Part shown: positions 12,801-26,033 of the stretch, piece by piece
Layout: each line of letters begins with the position of its first letter
Position numbering within the stretch: position 1 is the first letter of the stretch
Sequence record: MH494197.1
Strand: one strand, 5' to 3'
DNA length: 64,000 bases
Position numbers and translations under genes: made by a program
The notes under the pieces: generated by a model
What the model was told of the DNA's origin: nothing
What the model saw: only the letters and a program-made list of their open reading frames with translations
The model's database searches: none

Positions 12801-14759
12801 GTATCTGGCACACTAACTGCTGGTTCAATCGACCTAAGCAATACTGATGTAACCGTTAAATCTCTTGATTCACTAGGTAACGCACACATTGCTGGTGACC
12901 TAACTGTAGATGGTGCATTCGACTTAAGTGCAACTAACCTTGTAGCTGCAAGTCTAGCAAGTACTGGTTCTACTACTGTTGGAACTGATCTAGTACTAAC
13001 AACTGGTGTTGTGACTGGTAGCCCAGCTATCTCTGGTAATACAACAATCGGTGGAACTCTTGGTGTAACTGGTGCTGTTAACCTAACTGATATTGTTAAT
13101 ATCGGTAAGAAAGTAACAGTGAGTACTGGTGGTATTCAGGTAGTTGATGGTGGTATCAATACTAACACAATTAACGTTTCTGGTGCTTCTACTCTAGCAG
13201 GAACTTCCATTACTGGAACTTTAGGTGTAACTGGTGCTTCTACTCTAGCAGGTGTATCTGCGACATCACTAACAGTTTCTGGTGACAGTACTGTTCAGAA
13301 ACTAACTGTCCAAGGTGAATTGATCCCACAAGGTGGTCTTGACCTAAGCGGTGCAGACATTACTGCTAATAGTCTAACTACTGCAACAACTATCAATGCA
13401 ACTGGCCTAAGTACTCTAAGTGGTGGTGTTAGTACTTCTACTGTGACTGCATCTGGTCTAGCAACTGTTGGAAGTTTAACTTCTACTGCAAACGCATCAG
13501 TTGGTGGCAATTTGGGTGTAACTGGAACTCTAGATGTTACTGGTGCTACTACTGTATCTTCACTAACAGCTACTGGTGCAGTGAAAACTGGCACAACCCT
13601 AACTGTTGGTACTCCAGTTGGTGAACAACCTGAAACTGTACAGATCATTCCAGATACTTATATTGCTGGTAAATTGCGTGTAATCGGCGGTATTAACGCT
13701 GAAATCGACGTAAGTGGTCAAACACTAGAACCATATGCAATTGAAGCTGCTGCAACACTATCTGCTGTTGGTAACATTACTTCTGGTGCAACCATCGTTT
13801 CTAAAGCTGCAACAATTGGTGATGTTGGTTCACAAAACAACAACCTAACTGTTAATGGTAACGTAGTAACTAATGGTGACTTCACCGTTACTGGTGTACT
13901 AAATGCACAATTGAACCAAGCAGATTCCGATGTAGCTGTTAAATCTTTAACTGCAACTAATAACGTTGCGGCTGGTACTTCAATCACTGCTGGAACATCC
14001 ATCACTGCATCAGGCTTACTAAAAGGTAATTCGTTAGAAGTCACCACTACTGGTTCATTTGGTGGTGCAGTAACTATGTCAAGTGGTGCAAACATCACTG
14101 GTACTGTTGGTATCACTGCTGGTGACCTAACAGTAGGTGGTAATATCTCTGCAACTGGGACTGCTGGATTCGGTGCAACAACCGTTTCTACCATTACAAC
14201 ATCAGGTTTAGCTACACTTGCAAGTGCATCTGTAACTGGTGCTCTAACTGTAGGTGGTACATTAACTGCAAATGGTAACACTGTGATTGGTGATGCTGCT
14301 GCTGATACTTTAACTGTAAATGCAACATCGACATTTAAAGAGAACGCAACATTTGATAAGAACCTAACAGTGACTGGTTCTATTAACACCACCACTGCAA
14401 ACTTCACCACAAACAACATGGTAACTAAGAAATATTCTGTTATCCCTGCTAGTGTTACTGCTTCTACTGCTGCTGTAGGTGGTACTTGGACACCAGATGG
14501 TACTACTAACGTATATCGCTTAACTCTTGACCAAAGTGTTACAATGGATTCCATCGCGGGTCTAATTGGTAGTGGTCAAGCATGTTCAGTGTATATCTAT
14601 GTAACTCCATCTGTTGCTGATACTACTTTCACCTTCGGTGGTGCATACTCTGTAGTTTCTGGTACAGTAAGTGCTGTAGTTGGTCAAACAAGTATTATCC
14701 AAGTAATCTATGATGGTTTCAGTACTGTGTTTGATACCTTCGTTGCACAACGTGTATAA
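9830..14759 (+). CDS. Giant Gly/Thr/Val/Ala-rich fibre protein A (about 1640 aa after indel correction)
   Basis: Fragments 9830..11104, 11339..12298, 12442..12798 and 13011..14759 form one continuous repetitive protein with a C-terminal WTPDGTTNVY domain. Confidence 0.75.
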
Positions 14760-14777
14760 CATTTTAAATTAATAATT

Positions 14778-14806
14778 AAAGCCAACTAAAATAGTTGGCT
14801 TTTTCT
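14778..14806 (+). terminator. Intrinsic terminator
   Basis: aaagccaact-aaaat-agttggcttttcttt. Confidence 0.8.
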
Positions 14807-14905
14807 TTGTATTAGATAATAGTGTTTTGTGAATTAAACTAAATATAAGTATATTAACAAAAGATGGGTTATGAATATATAGTTCATCGTTATAGGAGGG
14901 ACTCT

Positions 14906-17900
14906 ATGTACTCGATTAAAACGGATCTTGATGTATCTGGTAATTCCACGGTAGGTAAGGATCTTTTGGTCAAAGGTAATGCAGTATTCAGTAATGACCT
15001 AACGGTTAATGGGGAAGTGTCTTTTGCTAACGCAGTATTCACTGCAATTACCGCTGGTTCTGTGAATGTCACAGGTGCATTGGATGTTGCTGGTAAGGCA
15101 ACCTTATCCGGTGGTGCTGATGTTTCAGGTGCTGCGACATTTGCAGGAAACATTACTGCTGCTGACGGCACAACTGCAAAATTTGATAACTTAGAAGCTA
15201 ATTCAGGATCATTTAATTCTGTTGAATCAACTGATATTACTTCAACTGGCACAGCAACTTTTAAAGATGTAAACATTTCTGGTACACTTGGTGGTACTTT
15301 TAATCTTTCTGATATTAATGCTACAACACTTAATGTGTCTGGTGCTTCAGCACTAACTGGTTCAGTCACATTGGGTGCAAATATCACTGGTCTTGCAAGT
15401 ACTGCAAACTTCCGTGATATTCGTATCGGGCCTAATGAAGAAGGTCAAGCATATAGACTAAACTTTGGTTACACCGTTCGGACAACGACCAACCGTTCTT
15501 CTACAGAACGAAGTTCAATCCGAACTAATGTCTCCTGCTAAGTTGAATGTTCTACAAACTGCAACATTTGGTGATTCTTCACTTTCAACTTACGGTATTA
15601 CAGGTAATGGTTTAAACAAATTAGATTATGTAACTATTTCTGGTAACGCAATTCAATCACCAACCACTCCTTTACTTGAAGTAACTAAAGGTAAAACTAA
15701 AGTTGTTGATTTAGAAGTGACTGGCGTAGCAACTATTCCTAATATCGAAAGTTCTGGTACTGCAAACTTTAACAACATCAACGTATCTGGTACTATTGGT
15801 GGTAGTTTTGATTTAGATGATATCCAAGCAACAACATTATCAGTATCCGGTGCTTCAGCACTAACTGGTGCAGTTACATTGGGTGCAAACATCACTGGTC
15901 TAGCAAGTACTGCAACATTCAAAGCAATCAATTTGGGTCAAAATACCGCTGATGCTAACGTTAAGCTAGGTTTTGCATATACTGCACCTAGTGCACGTCC
16001 AACAGTCTTGTTAGCAAACGAAGTTCAATCTGAACTAATGTCTCCTGCTAAGTTGAACGTTCTACAAACTGCAACCTTCGGTTCTGCTGCACTATCTACC
16101 TATGGTATTACTGGTAATGGTCTAAACAAATTAGATTATCTAACAATTACTGGTAACGCAACACAAAACCCTGCTACTCCACAACTTCAAGTTGGTGGTA
16201 AAGCAATTCTTAATGATGTTGAATTTACAGGTACTGTAACTGGCCTAACTGTTGATGTGAGTGGACAAGATCTAACTCCTAAATCAGTAGTTGCTGCTGA
16301 AGCAATCAAAGGTCAAACTCTTGAATCAGTTGGTCAAACAACTGTAGGTTCATCTCTACAAGTTGGTGGTACTGCAACTGTTACTGGTGCATTATCTGCT
16401 GCCGCTGGTACTTTCAGTGGTGATGTTAGTGGTTCTAAAGGTATCTTCAGTGATAGCGTATCCGGTACAAGTGCAACCTTTACTGGGGATGTTAGCGGTG
16501 ATAACGCAACCTTTAGTGGCGATTTATCTGCTGTAGCTGGCACTTTCAGTGGTGATGTAACCGTAACTGGTCAAACAATCACTGTTAAAGACTTGGTAGT
16601 AACTGGAACTTCAACTGGTGTAACTGCAATCGCTGACGTTGACGGTCTTGATATTGCTCCAAACAAAGTTGATGTTACAACAACTCTATCTGTTGCTGGT
16701 GAATCAACTCTTGCTGGTGTTACAGCAACTTCAATCAATAGTACTGGTGCAATTGCAGGTACTGCAATTTCTGGCTCTACTATTACAGCAACTGGTGAAA
16801 TTTCTGGTGCATCATCTGTAGTAACTGGTCTTTCTAAATCTGGTAGCGTTGAAACTGGTGCTCTAAAGGCATCTTCTGTTGAAACTGCAATCATTAGCAA
16901 CACTGCTGGTGTGTCAATAACAAACAACACTTCAATTGCAGGTAATCTATCTGTAACTGGAACTGTTACCCCGTGCAATTGACCTAAGTACTACTGATAT
17001 TGATGCTAAGTCTCTAACAACTACTGAAGGTGCTAACATTGGTGGTGACCTAGTTGTTGCAGGTACAGTTGATCTAAGTGCTGCTGACGTTGCTGTTAAA
17101 TCTCTAACCAGTACTGGTGCAGTTATTAGTTCTGAAGGTACAGTAAGTAGTGTTCTACCTAAACTTTCCAGTACTGAAGCTAATATTACCACAGTAACTG
17201 CAACCACTGCAAATGCTACCACACTAAATGTAACTGGTACATCAACTCTAGCTGGTGTTAACGCTTCTGGTGCTATTACTTCTGCAACTAACATTACCGC
17301 TACTGGTGTATTAAAGGTGCATCTGTTGAAACTGCGTCAATCAGCAATGCTGATGGTGTAGCAATTAACAATAACACTACAATCACTGGTAATTTGGACG
17401 TATCTGGGACATTGACCCGTGCAATTGACCTAAGTACTACTGATATTAGTTCTAAGTCTCTAACCACAACTGAAGGTGCTACAATTGGTGGCGATCTTGT
17501 GGTAGCAGGTACTGTTGATCTAAGTGCTGCTGATGTGTCGGTGAAATCTCTTGCAAGTGCAGAGACAATTACAAGTGCTGGTGTTATTACAGTTTCGGAT
17601 ACAGTGAATTCTAGCACTCTACCAAAACTAATTACTACTGATGCAACTATTGGTGCTGTCCATGCAGCTACTATTGAAACAACTGGTTCAAGTACACTAA
17701 AACAAGTATCTGCTACTGAAGTAACAGCTACAAGTATTGTACTAAATTCAGTTGGTGAAGGTTTACGTGTTGACAATAATGCAAACATTAATGGTATATT
17801 AAGTGTTAATAATATTACTTCTACCAATGATACTATTGCAATTGCGAAAAGTGCTGCTATTACTGGTGATCTGACCGTATCTGGAACTGTTACCCCGGTG

Positions 17901-20608
17901 CAATTGACCTAAGTACTACCGATATTAGTTCTAAATCCTAAGTACTACTGAAGGTGCTACAATTGGTGGTGACCTAGTTGTTAATGGTTCAATTGATTTA
18001 AGTTCTTCCAATGTTTCAGCAATTACCCTTGCTAGTTCTGGTAATACTACCGTTGGTGGTAACCTAGTACTAACAACTGGTGTTGTGACTGGCAGCCCAT
18101 CTGTATCTGGTAACCTTTCAGTTGCAGGTACTGCGGCAGTAACTGGTGCAACTACCTAACTGATATCGTAAATATCGGTAAGAAAGTAACTGTAAGCACT
18201 GGTGGTATTCAAGTAGTTGCAGGTGGTATTAATACCGACGCTATATTAGTATCCGGTGATACAACTTTAAACAACACTACTGTAAACACTACCTTAAATG
18301 TAACTGGTCAAAGTACAGTTGCTGCACTAAGTGCTGCATCTTTGAATGTATCTGGTGATAGTACTGTTCAAAACTAACAGTTGAAGGTGAATTGGTTCCA
18401 CAAGGTGGTATCGACCTAACTGGTGCAGATATTTCTGCTAATAGTCTTGCAACTGCTTCAACAATCACTGCAACTGGACTAAGCACACTAAGTGGTGGTG
18501 TAAGTACTACTAATGTTACTGCATCTGGTACAGTGAATGCTGGTAGTTTGGATGTTACTAACAACGCAACCGTTGGTGGTAATTTGGGTGTAACTGGTTC
18601 ATTAACTTCTGGACCATTGAGTGTAACAGGCATTGCGAATATTACTGGTGTAACAACTGTTGGTTCATTGGTTTCCGGTGCTGTATCTGGTAGTACTGGT
18701 ACATTTAGTTCAACATTAGGTGTAACTGGTGCAGCTACATTTGACAATGACGTAACTGTTGAAGGTGTATTCACCCCAGCAGGTGGTTTAGACCTAACAA
18801 CTTCTGATATTACAGCTAAGAGTTTGTCAGTATCTGAAACTATTCACTCTGATGGTGCAGCTTCCTTTGGTGGTAACACAACAGTAGGTGGTACATTGGG
18901 TGTAACTGGTGCAGTAACTGCTCCATCGGCAACCCTAAGCGGTACTGGTACTGCACTAGCAGTAACTAATAATGCAACTATTGGTGGTACATTGGGTGTA
19001 ACTGGTCAAGCAACACTTGGTTCTATAGTAACTTCTGGTGTATCTGCAACAAGTGGCTCTTTCAGTACTACTCTTGGCGTTACTGGTGCTGCGACATTTG
19101 GAAACGATGTAACTGTAGTTGGAACACTAACTCCGGTAGCTTAGATCTAACTGGTGCAGATATCTCTGCTAAAACACTAACTCTATCTGAAACATTAAAT
19201 GCGACAGGTAATACTACCCTTGGTGGAACATTAGGTGTAACTGGTTTAGCAACAATTGGTGGAACACTAACGTCTGGTGCAGTAACTGCTCCATCTGCAA
19301 CCTTGAATGGTTCAGGAACTGGTCTAGCAGTAACTAACAACGCAACCGTTGGTGGTACATTAGGTGTAGTTGGTCAAACAACACTAGGTTCTGTTAAAAC
19401 TGGTGCAACTCTAACAGTTGGTACACCATTAGGTGAGCAGCCTGAAACTGTACAGATTATGCCAGACACTTATATTGCTGGTAAACTACGTGTTGAGGGT
19501 GGTATTAACGCAGATATCGATGTTGGTGGACAAACACTAGAACCGTTTGCAGTAATAGCATCTGATTCTTTATCTTCTGCTGGTAATATTACTGCTGGTG
19601 CGGCAATTATTTCAAGTTCTGCAACAATTGGTGAAGTCGGTTCACAAAACAACAACCTAATCGTTAATGGTAACGTTGTAAACAACGGTAACTTCACTGT
19701 TACTGGTGTACTAAATGCACAATTGAACCAAGCAGATTCCGATGTAGCTGTTAAGTCTTTGACTGCAACTAACAACGTAGCTGCTGGAACCACATTAAGT
19801 GCAGGTACTGCAATTACTGCTGGTACTTCCATCACTGCAACTGGATTACTTAAAGGTAATACTTTATTACTACTACTGGTTCATTTGGTGGTGCAGTAAC
19901 TATGTCAAGTGGTGCAAACATCACTGGTACAGTGGGTATTACTGCTGGTAACCTAACAGTGGGTGGTGATATCTCTGCAACTGGCACTGCTGGATTCGGT
20001 GCAACAACCGTTTCTACAATTACAACATCAGGTTTGGCTACACTTGCAAGTACATCCGTTACTGGTAACGCAACAGTAGGTGGAACACTAGCAGTAACAG
20101 GAGCACTAACTGCGAATGGTAACGTAACATTAGGTGACGCAGCGGCTGACGTTCTAACCGTTAATGCAACTTCATCATTTAAAGAAAATGCTGTGTTTGA
20201 TAAGGCAGTAACAGTAACTGGTGAACTAACCACTACTAATGCTAACTTAACTACTACAACAGTAACTACCAAAAGTATGATGTAATCCCAACTCAAGTTA
20301 CATCATCAGTAATTGCTCCAACCGGAACATGGACTCCAGATGGTACAAGTAACGTGTACTTCATCACTCTAGACCAAGATACCACGTTGGCTCCAATTAC
20401 TGGCCTAATTGGTGGCGGTAAAGCTGCATCAGTATACATCTATGTTAAACAAGATACAACTGGTAACAGAAACTTTACAACTGATGGTACTTATGCTGTT
20501 GTTGATGGTGAACTAAACAAAACTGCTGGTAGCGTGACCATTTACCAAGTAATTTATGATGGTGTAAGTCCAGTTACTGATTTGTTCATTGCACAACGTA
20601 CTGCTTAA
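14906..20608 (+). CDS. Giant fibre protein B, paralog of A (about 1900 aa after indel correction)
   Basis: Starts MYSIKTDLD like A, with the same GGAGGG RBS; shares blocks with A and ends in the homologous WTPDGTSNVY...FIAQRTA domain. Confidence 0.75.
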
Positions 20609-20672
20609 TAATTATAATAAAAAACGGTGTCATCAATTATGGTGACACCATCTTAACAAGTGAGGTAGTTAT

Positions 20673-21449
20673 ATGTTTACATATGTAAAAGGTAGTTCTA
20701 AAGAAAATTATGAATTGGGTAACATCATCTCCAACCCAGTTGGTGTTAAGGGTTTAAAAGAACGCCGGGCAACTCCAGATGATGAACAAACATATCGTTA
20801 TTTGTACAGTGATATTCGTGCACTTTATGGTATTTCAAGTAAAGATGGTTCTGAAATTGAACCTAATAACGCTGTTCGCAAAGAAGAGGGTTTCTGGTGG
20901 TTGGAATATAAGAATGTTGGTAATGTGAACGCAATTAATGAGAATTTGGAATATATTAAACTACAAGATAGTAATCAACCAGTCATCACATTCTTAGAAG
21001 AAGCAGAAGGTGAATATAAAGAGTTAACAGTACTGAAAACTTATAATTATGTTGATATGGACATTGCAGCAGTTAAATCTGATCTGAAAGCACGCACAGT
21101 ATCATCTCGTAGTGATCGTATTAATGCTGGTTATATGTTTAACGGTCATCGTTATAGTACTGATCTAGCTGGTCGTCAAATGCTTCTTAATTATTATACA
21201 CAAGTAACTTCCGGTTCAGATAGCGTTTCGATTTTCCTTGATGACGCAATTGTAAAACTATCTGCTGCTGAAATGACTCAACTATACACTGAAGCATTTG
21301 CTATGGTTGAATCCCTATTTGCAGAGTGTAATAAGCAATGTGCTGACATTGATGCAGTTCCTGATGCTGATGAAGATGCAATTTATAAAGCACAACAGGC
21401 GGCTGTATGGGTATATGAAGGTATTGATATTCCTGAGCGTACTCGTTAA
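20673..21449 (+). CDS. Putative tail fibre assembly/chaperone protein (DUF4376-like C-terminus)
   Basis: Directly follows the fibre genes; GYMFNGHRYSTDLAGRQML plus a helical C-terminus. Confidence 0.5.
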   Translation: MFTYVKGSSKENYELGNIISNPVGVKGLKERRATPDDEQTYRYLYSDIRALYGISSKDGSEIEPNNAVRKEEGFWWLEYKNVGNVNAINENLEYIKLQDSNQPVITFLEEAEGEYKELTVLKTYNYVDMDIAAVKSDLKARTVSSRSDRINAGYMFNGHRYSTDLAGRQMLLNYYTQVTSGSDSVSIFLDDAIVKLSAAEMTQLYTEAFAMVESLFAECNKQCADIDAVPDADEDAIYKAQQAAVWVYEGIDIPERTR

Positions 21450-21540
21450 TTTATATTTTTTTAAAGGTCAACTATGGTTGGCCTTTTCTTTTATCTAAAA
21501 TAAATACTTAATATATAATCTATTCTGAGGAAATATTTAA

Positions 21541-23501
21541 ATGAGTATAAATCGAATTAGAGGTGATGGTGGTGTAATTATAGATAGTCAGGCATTTCTA
21601 GAATTACCTAAAGCACCGACTAAAGAAACCGCTGATGTGGTTAGATCAGGGATGATTAGATACAATAAAGGATGGAAAGCATTTGAAGGTGTACTAGACT
21701 TTGAAGATGGTTCAATGGCATATCGACGTTTTGCAAACCTAGATGCAAACGGTAAACTTCTTACTTCCCAATTACCAGATTCAGTAACTAGTGGTTTACA
21801 ATTTGTTGGTACATATAATCCCATCCCAGATGATATCGATCCACCTTTAGCACAAACTCCACTACCAGCACCATCACCATCGCTTAATGGTGATTATTAT
21901 GTCGTTCGTGGTATAATGGATGCCGCACAAGCACATTATGAAGCAAATAATCCACAAACAAGTCCTGTTACATTTACACCTACAAATCCAACTGGACAAG
22001 GTAATTGGATTGAAATTTTATATTATGTTGACTCTAATCCAAATATATCTGGTGCTAAACTAGTAACATACGCTTTTGCTAGAATTATTACTGCATCTAT
22101 TCCCAGTACTGGACATGATGGCCTTGAAAATTTAGCAACAGATACTGACTTGACCAAACCATTTGCATCTGGTGTTCCAATGAACCAAACTGCACTTTCA
22201 GATGGCGATTGGATTATTATAACTGAAGATAAGAATATACGTCTTCGTCAGTCAAGAACAAGCATTTCCGCTGCTTCAGTATTATATGACAATACTGTAA
22301 TGATTGCAAATCATCGTCAATTTAGAACAAACGCAGGGACCGTTCAAACATCCATAGATAACGTTGTGATTGAGTGTTTACGTAGAACTGGCGATTCCAT
22401 GTATAATGATGGAACAGACGGCTCTGGGCGTTTTGGGGTGGTGTATGGCAGTGCAGCAGCACCAGCATTGACATTTAATAATAATCCGTTTGACCCAACG
22501 AACAACCCGTAATGACCCAACTAAGTGGTCCGATGCTAATACTGGTATATTCCATCCAGCAGATGATGCAATTGGTTTTACAACAGCCGGAACTGAGCGT
22601 GTTCGAATTAATAATGGAACACTAACATTATTCCAAACTACCGCTACACCAGCAGCTACGCCAGTAATACGTTTTGATAATGCATCAAACACAAACGTAG
22701 GGATAAGTGCAAGTAGTAATATTATTTCTTTAAGTTCAATGAATAAAATTCAAGTTGAATTTAAAAATGGTGAATCACATTTTCATGGAAATATTATTGT
22801 AGATGGATCAACATCACTAACAGGTGATTTAAACGCAGGTAACATCACTGCCAGCGGAATTTAGTTGTTAAAGGTAATACAACACTAGGCGACACTACTG
22901 GCGACACTATTACAGTTAATGGTGTTAGTACTTATAATGCAAATACTAATTTCAATGGAACTAATAACAAATTCAAAACATAAACTTACTAGAGAATGGT
23001 GTATTCACATTAGAAAGTACTACAAACCAAAGTGATATAAAACTACTTGGTGCAGACTTACGTTTCACTATGGGAAGTTATGCTGATGTAAGTATATATG
23101 ATAACGGTGTTATTCGTACTCGTTTCAACCGATATGGTATTCAATTACCAGTACTGGCTACAATTGATAACTCAGTTGGTGTTGATGGTATGATTGCATA
23201 CTCAAATACCGAACGTACATCGATGCAGAAGGTCCAAGGACAATGGGTTCCAATTGGTTCTGGTTCTGTACGTACTGACCCGTTTACTGCGTCAGCGTGG
23301 GTTTTAAACGGCTCATATTACACATTAACAGTAACTGCTAGTAACATAGTAACTGCTGAAATTCAAGAACTCGTAAGTACTGGTGTTTACACTCGTGTTG
23401 AAGTTGATAGTGTCACATTCAATGGAACAAGCGTAGTGTTCAGTATTCCTGCAACTCCTGATGTGAGATTTGCCGGACGTACACTGGTTACATTAAGATA
23501 A
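21541..23501 (+). CDS. Virion structural/fibre protein (about 650 aa, frameshifted)
   Basis: Fragments 21541..22512, 22490..22864 and 23070..23501; TAAATA at 21501; GMIRYN and GMIAYS repeats typical of fibre modules. Confidence 0.55.
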
Positions 23502-23502
23502 T

Positions 23503-23530
23503 AAAAAGGAGACTTATGTCTCCTTTTCTT
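23503..23530. terminator. Bidirectional intrinsic terminator
   Basis: aaaaaggagac-ttat-gtctccttttctt between convergent genes. Confidence 0.85.
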
Positions 23531-24457
23531 TATACAGCCATTGGTGCTTTGATCGTTGGCATTGGATCGTAATTAACTAATTTGAAAGAATCCATAGTGA
23601 AATCTTCAATATCAGTAATAGTAGGATCTAACCATAATTCTGGTAATGTACGTGGTTCACGTTGGAGTTGCTCTTTTACTTGTTCAATATGGTTTTGATA
23701 GATATGGCAGTCGCCACCATTCCAAATAAATTCACCAACATCTAACCCTGTAATTTGTGCAATCATATGAGTTAGTAGTGAGTAACTACTAATATTAAAT
23801 GGCACACCAAGGAATAGATCAGCACTACGTTGATGAAGAATACAACTTAGTTTACCCTGTACAACACAAAACTGCACAAAGCTATGACAGGGTGGCAAAG
23901 TCATAGCATCAAGCTCACCAACGTTCCATGCACTTAGAATGTGACGACGACCATATGGATCAGTATTGATACCTTCAATAACTTGTTTTAGCTGGTCAGT
24001 TACGACGCATAATAACACCATGTGAACCAGTATAATCAATAACTTTATACCCTTTATCTTTTAGTTCTTGAATTTCTTCAGTACTGGAACTGAATTTATA
24101 ATCTTCCCATTCACGCCATTGTTTACCATAAACTGGGCCAAGCTCACCATCAGAATACCCAAGGCTTACACCTTGATTAAGGTAGTTGTCTGTCCAAATT
24201 GTTTTCTTTTCTACATCACGTGTCCCGTGTAAAATTTCACACAGACGACGCTCATCGTGAGAACCTTCAATAAACCATAACAATTCTGAAGTCATTGCTT
24301 TCCAAGCTAAACGTTTAGTAGTTACTGCTGGGAAACCTTCTTTTAGGTCAAAACGCATTTGTTGTCCGATTAGCTTGATAGTGCCAACACCAGTACGATC
24401 AACGCTTTCGACACCTTGATCCAGAATTCTTTGATATAGTTCTTGTAGTTGTTTCAT
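23530..24457 (-). CDS. thyA: Thymidylate synthase (one frameshift near 24000)
   Basis: [67 protein letters not shown] motifs. Confidence 0.95.
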
Positions 24458-24458
24458 T

Positions 24459-25044
24459 TTACGTCCTTGAAAAATGTAATAAAGTGTTCCATGTGTTTTG
24501 TGTAGCATTACGTGAACCAATCCCAGTCCAGTTACCGTGTGGTGCTGGTATTGAGAATGTTTCAGTAAACTCTTTCAGTACTGTATCATAATAAAATACA
24601 GAGCGAGTGTTCATATCATAACAATATATTTCTGGATTGTCAACTGAATCCATATACATCTGTACGGCCCATGCAGTTCCACCTGAAACTTGCGTAGGTG
24701 ATGTAATATTTGCAATACAATATACTCTTTTGTATTAAGTATCTGGTAACTATTCCTTGCAAGTAAGTTATATACATACGAACCGCTTAGGAACTTTACG
24801 GCGTAAAGAGTAACATGCAATGTTTAATTGTTTTAATATTGAACTATCACAAAGGATATTGGGTGGAATTTCTAATATAGTATTTTCATCTACGCTGCTT
24901 TGGTGACCCTTGAATGAAAAATTTATTACTTCAAATCCATTGTCTTTTGCATAGATAGAAAAAGGCGGTCAGCACCTGCTGCCCGCCACTGAAACATACA
25001 TTAGATAAACCATTGATTGCTTCATCTAATTCTATTTTATTCAT
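24459..25044 (-). CDS. Putative SLOG/YspA-like nucleotide-binding protein (frameshifted)
   Basis: Starts MNKIELDEAINGLSNVCFSG(R/G)AAGADRLF and has a C-terminal WTGIGSRN; glycine-rich loop typical of the SLOG family. Confidence 0.45.
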
Positions 25045-25049
25045 TTATA

Positions 25050-25701
25050 TTATTTTGCTTTACGTTCTGCAAATGCCTGTTTAACTTTCTCAATTGCTTT
25101 GGTTTGTGAAATTCCTTCTGGGATTTCAATATAGAAAGTTTTGCTATCAGGTGCTACAGGTGTTGCTTGAACTTGTGGACGTAGAGATGGTTCTAAGTTG
25201 TAAGCACGTTCAAAGTGCTCTTTAGCCAACTGCTCATAACGTTGTGCATCTTTAAGTAGTTGCTCAACAATGGTAGCTTCTTCAACAGAAGTATCAACTT
25301 CTTGTGGCTTGAATGGGTTGTATTCTTTAACTTTACCATCTTCATGTTTTTAGCATCATTATCATTGATTGCGTTGTTTAGAACATCAAGAGAAATCTTA
25401 CTGTTTCCACCAACATGCATATCAATATCACAAGTACGTGCACGACGCAAATGTTGTAGATTATGAAGAACATCTAGCATTTTGCGACCGTCTAGATGAC
25501 CAATCTTATGCATAACTTCCCACAAATCTACATTCGATTGACCTTGATTCATTACTAAATCTGCAACAGATTGAGCATATGCTTCAGGAAGTGAGTCGCG
25601 ATAAACAATGAGACAATGTTCTGGATCATCAGGAGTGAACGCCATACCACAAATACTCGTGAACCCGTATTACGTACTACACCAACGTGACGAATAGCCA
25701 T
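25050..25701 (-). CDS. Conserved phage hypothetical protein (frameshifted)
   Basis: ORF 25193..25645 extended to ATG 25701 (MAIRHVGRSTNTGSRVFVVW...). Confidence 0.5.
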
Positions 25702-25703
25702 TA

Positions 25704-25933
25704 TTATTCTCCTTTATTTTGTTCAGCAGCAGCTTGTGCAGCATCAGCTTCTTCTTGTGCTTTGATATCTTCGAGTGCAGAGTTAGCAAACTCAACAAAC
25801 TTAGATACGACTGGAGCAACATCAACAAGTTCTTCGACTTTAAATGAATTACGAGCCACAGCAGCTTCCATGATTTTAGCAGCGTTGATTAGGTCGATTA
25901 GTGTTAGTTGAATTTTTCTGGTTCTTGTTCCAT
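25704..25933 (-). CDS. Small acidic helical hypothetical protein
   Basis: RBS GGAGAG; IQLTLIDLINAAKIMEAAVARNSFKVEEL... Confidence 0.5.
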
Positions 25934-26033
25934 TTTAATACTCTCCATGTATGTTGTTACAAATATAATTATATCACCTTTTTCCAAGCTGTCCCGCTGA
26001 AAAAGTAGAAACGGAATTTTCCGTTCTCATTAT

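Noticed and set aside
16978-17960. CRISPR-like array from repeated ATTGACCTAAGTACTAC
   Set aside because: The repeats are in-frame coding modules about 450 bp apart, with no spacer-sized periodicity and no cas genes.
11312-19754. Diversity-generating retroelement TR/VR pair in the fibre genes
   Set aside because: Mismatches in the compared blocks are synonymous C/T or T/G changes, not adenine-specific, and no reverse transcriptase is present in the window.
10048-20296. Long minus-strand ORFs antisense to the fibre genes
   Set aside because: These are shadow ORFs caused by GGT/ACT/GTA-rich codon bias; they are P/V/T-rich mirrors with no RBS or motifs.
20673-21449. Programmed ribosomal frameshift in tail assembly genes
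   Set aside because: This ORF is intact, and nearby frame changes cannot be distinguished from the window-wide indel errors.
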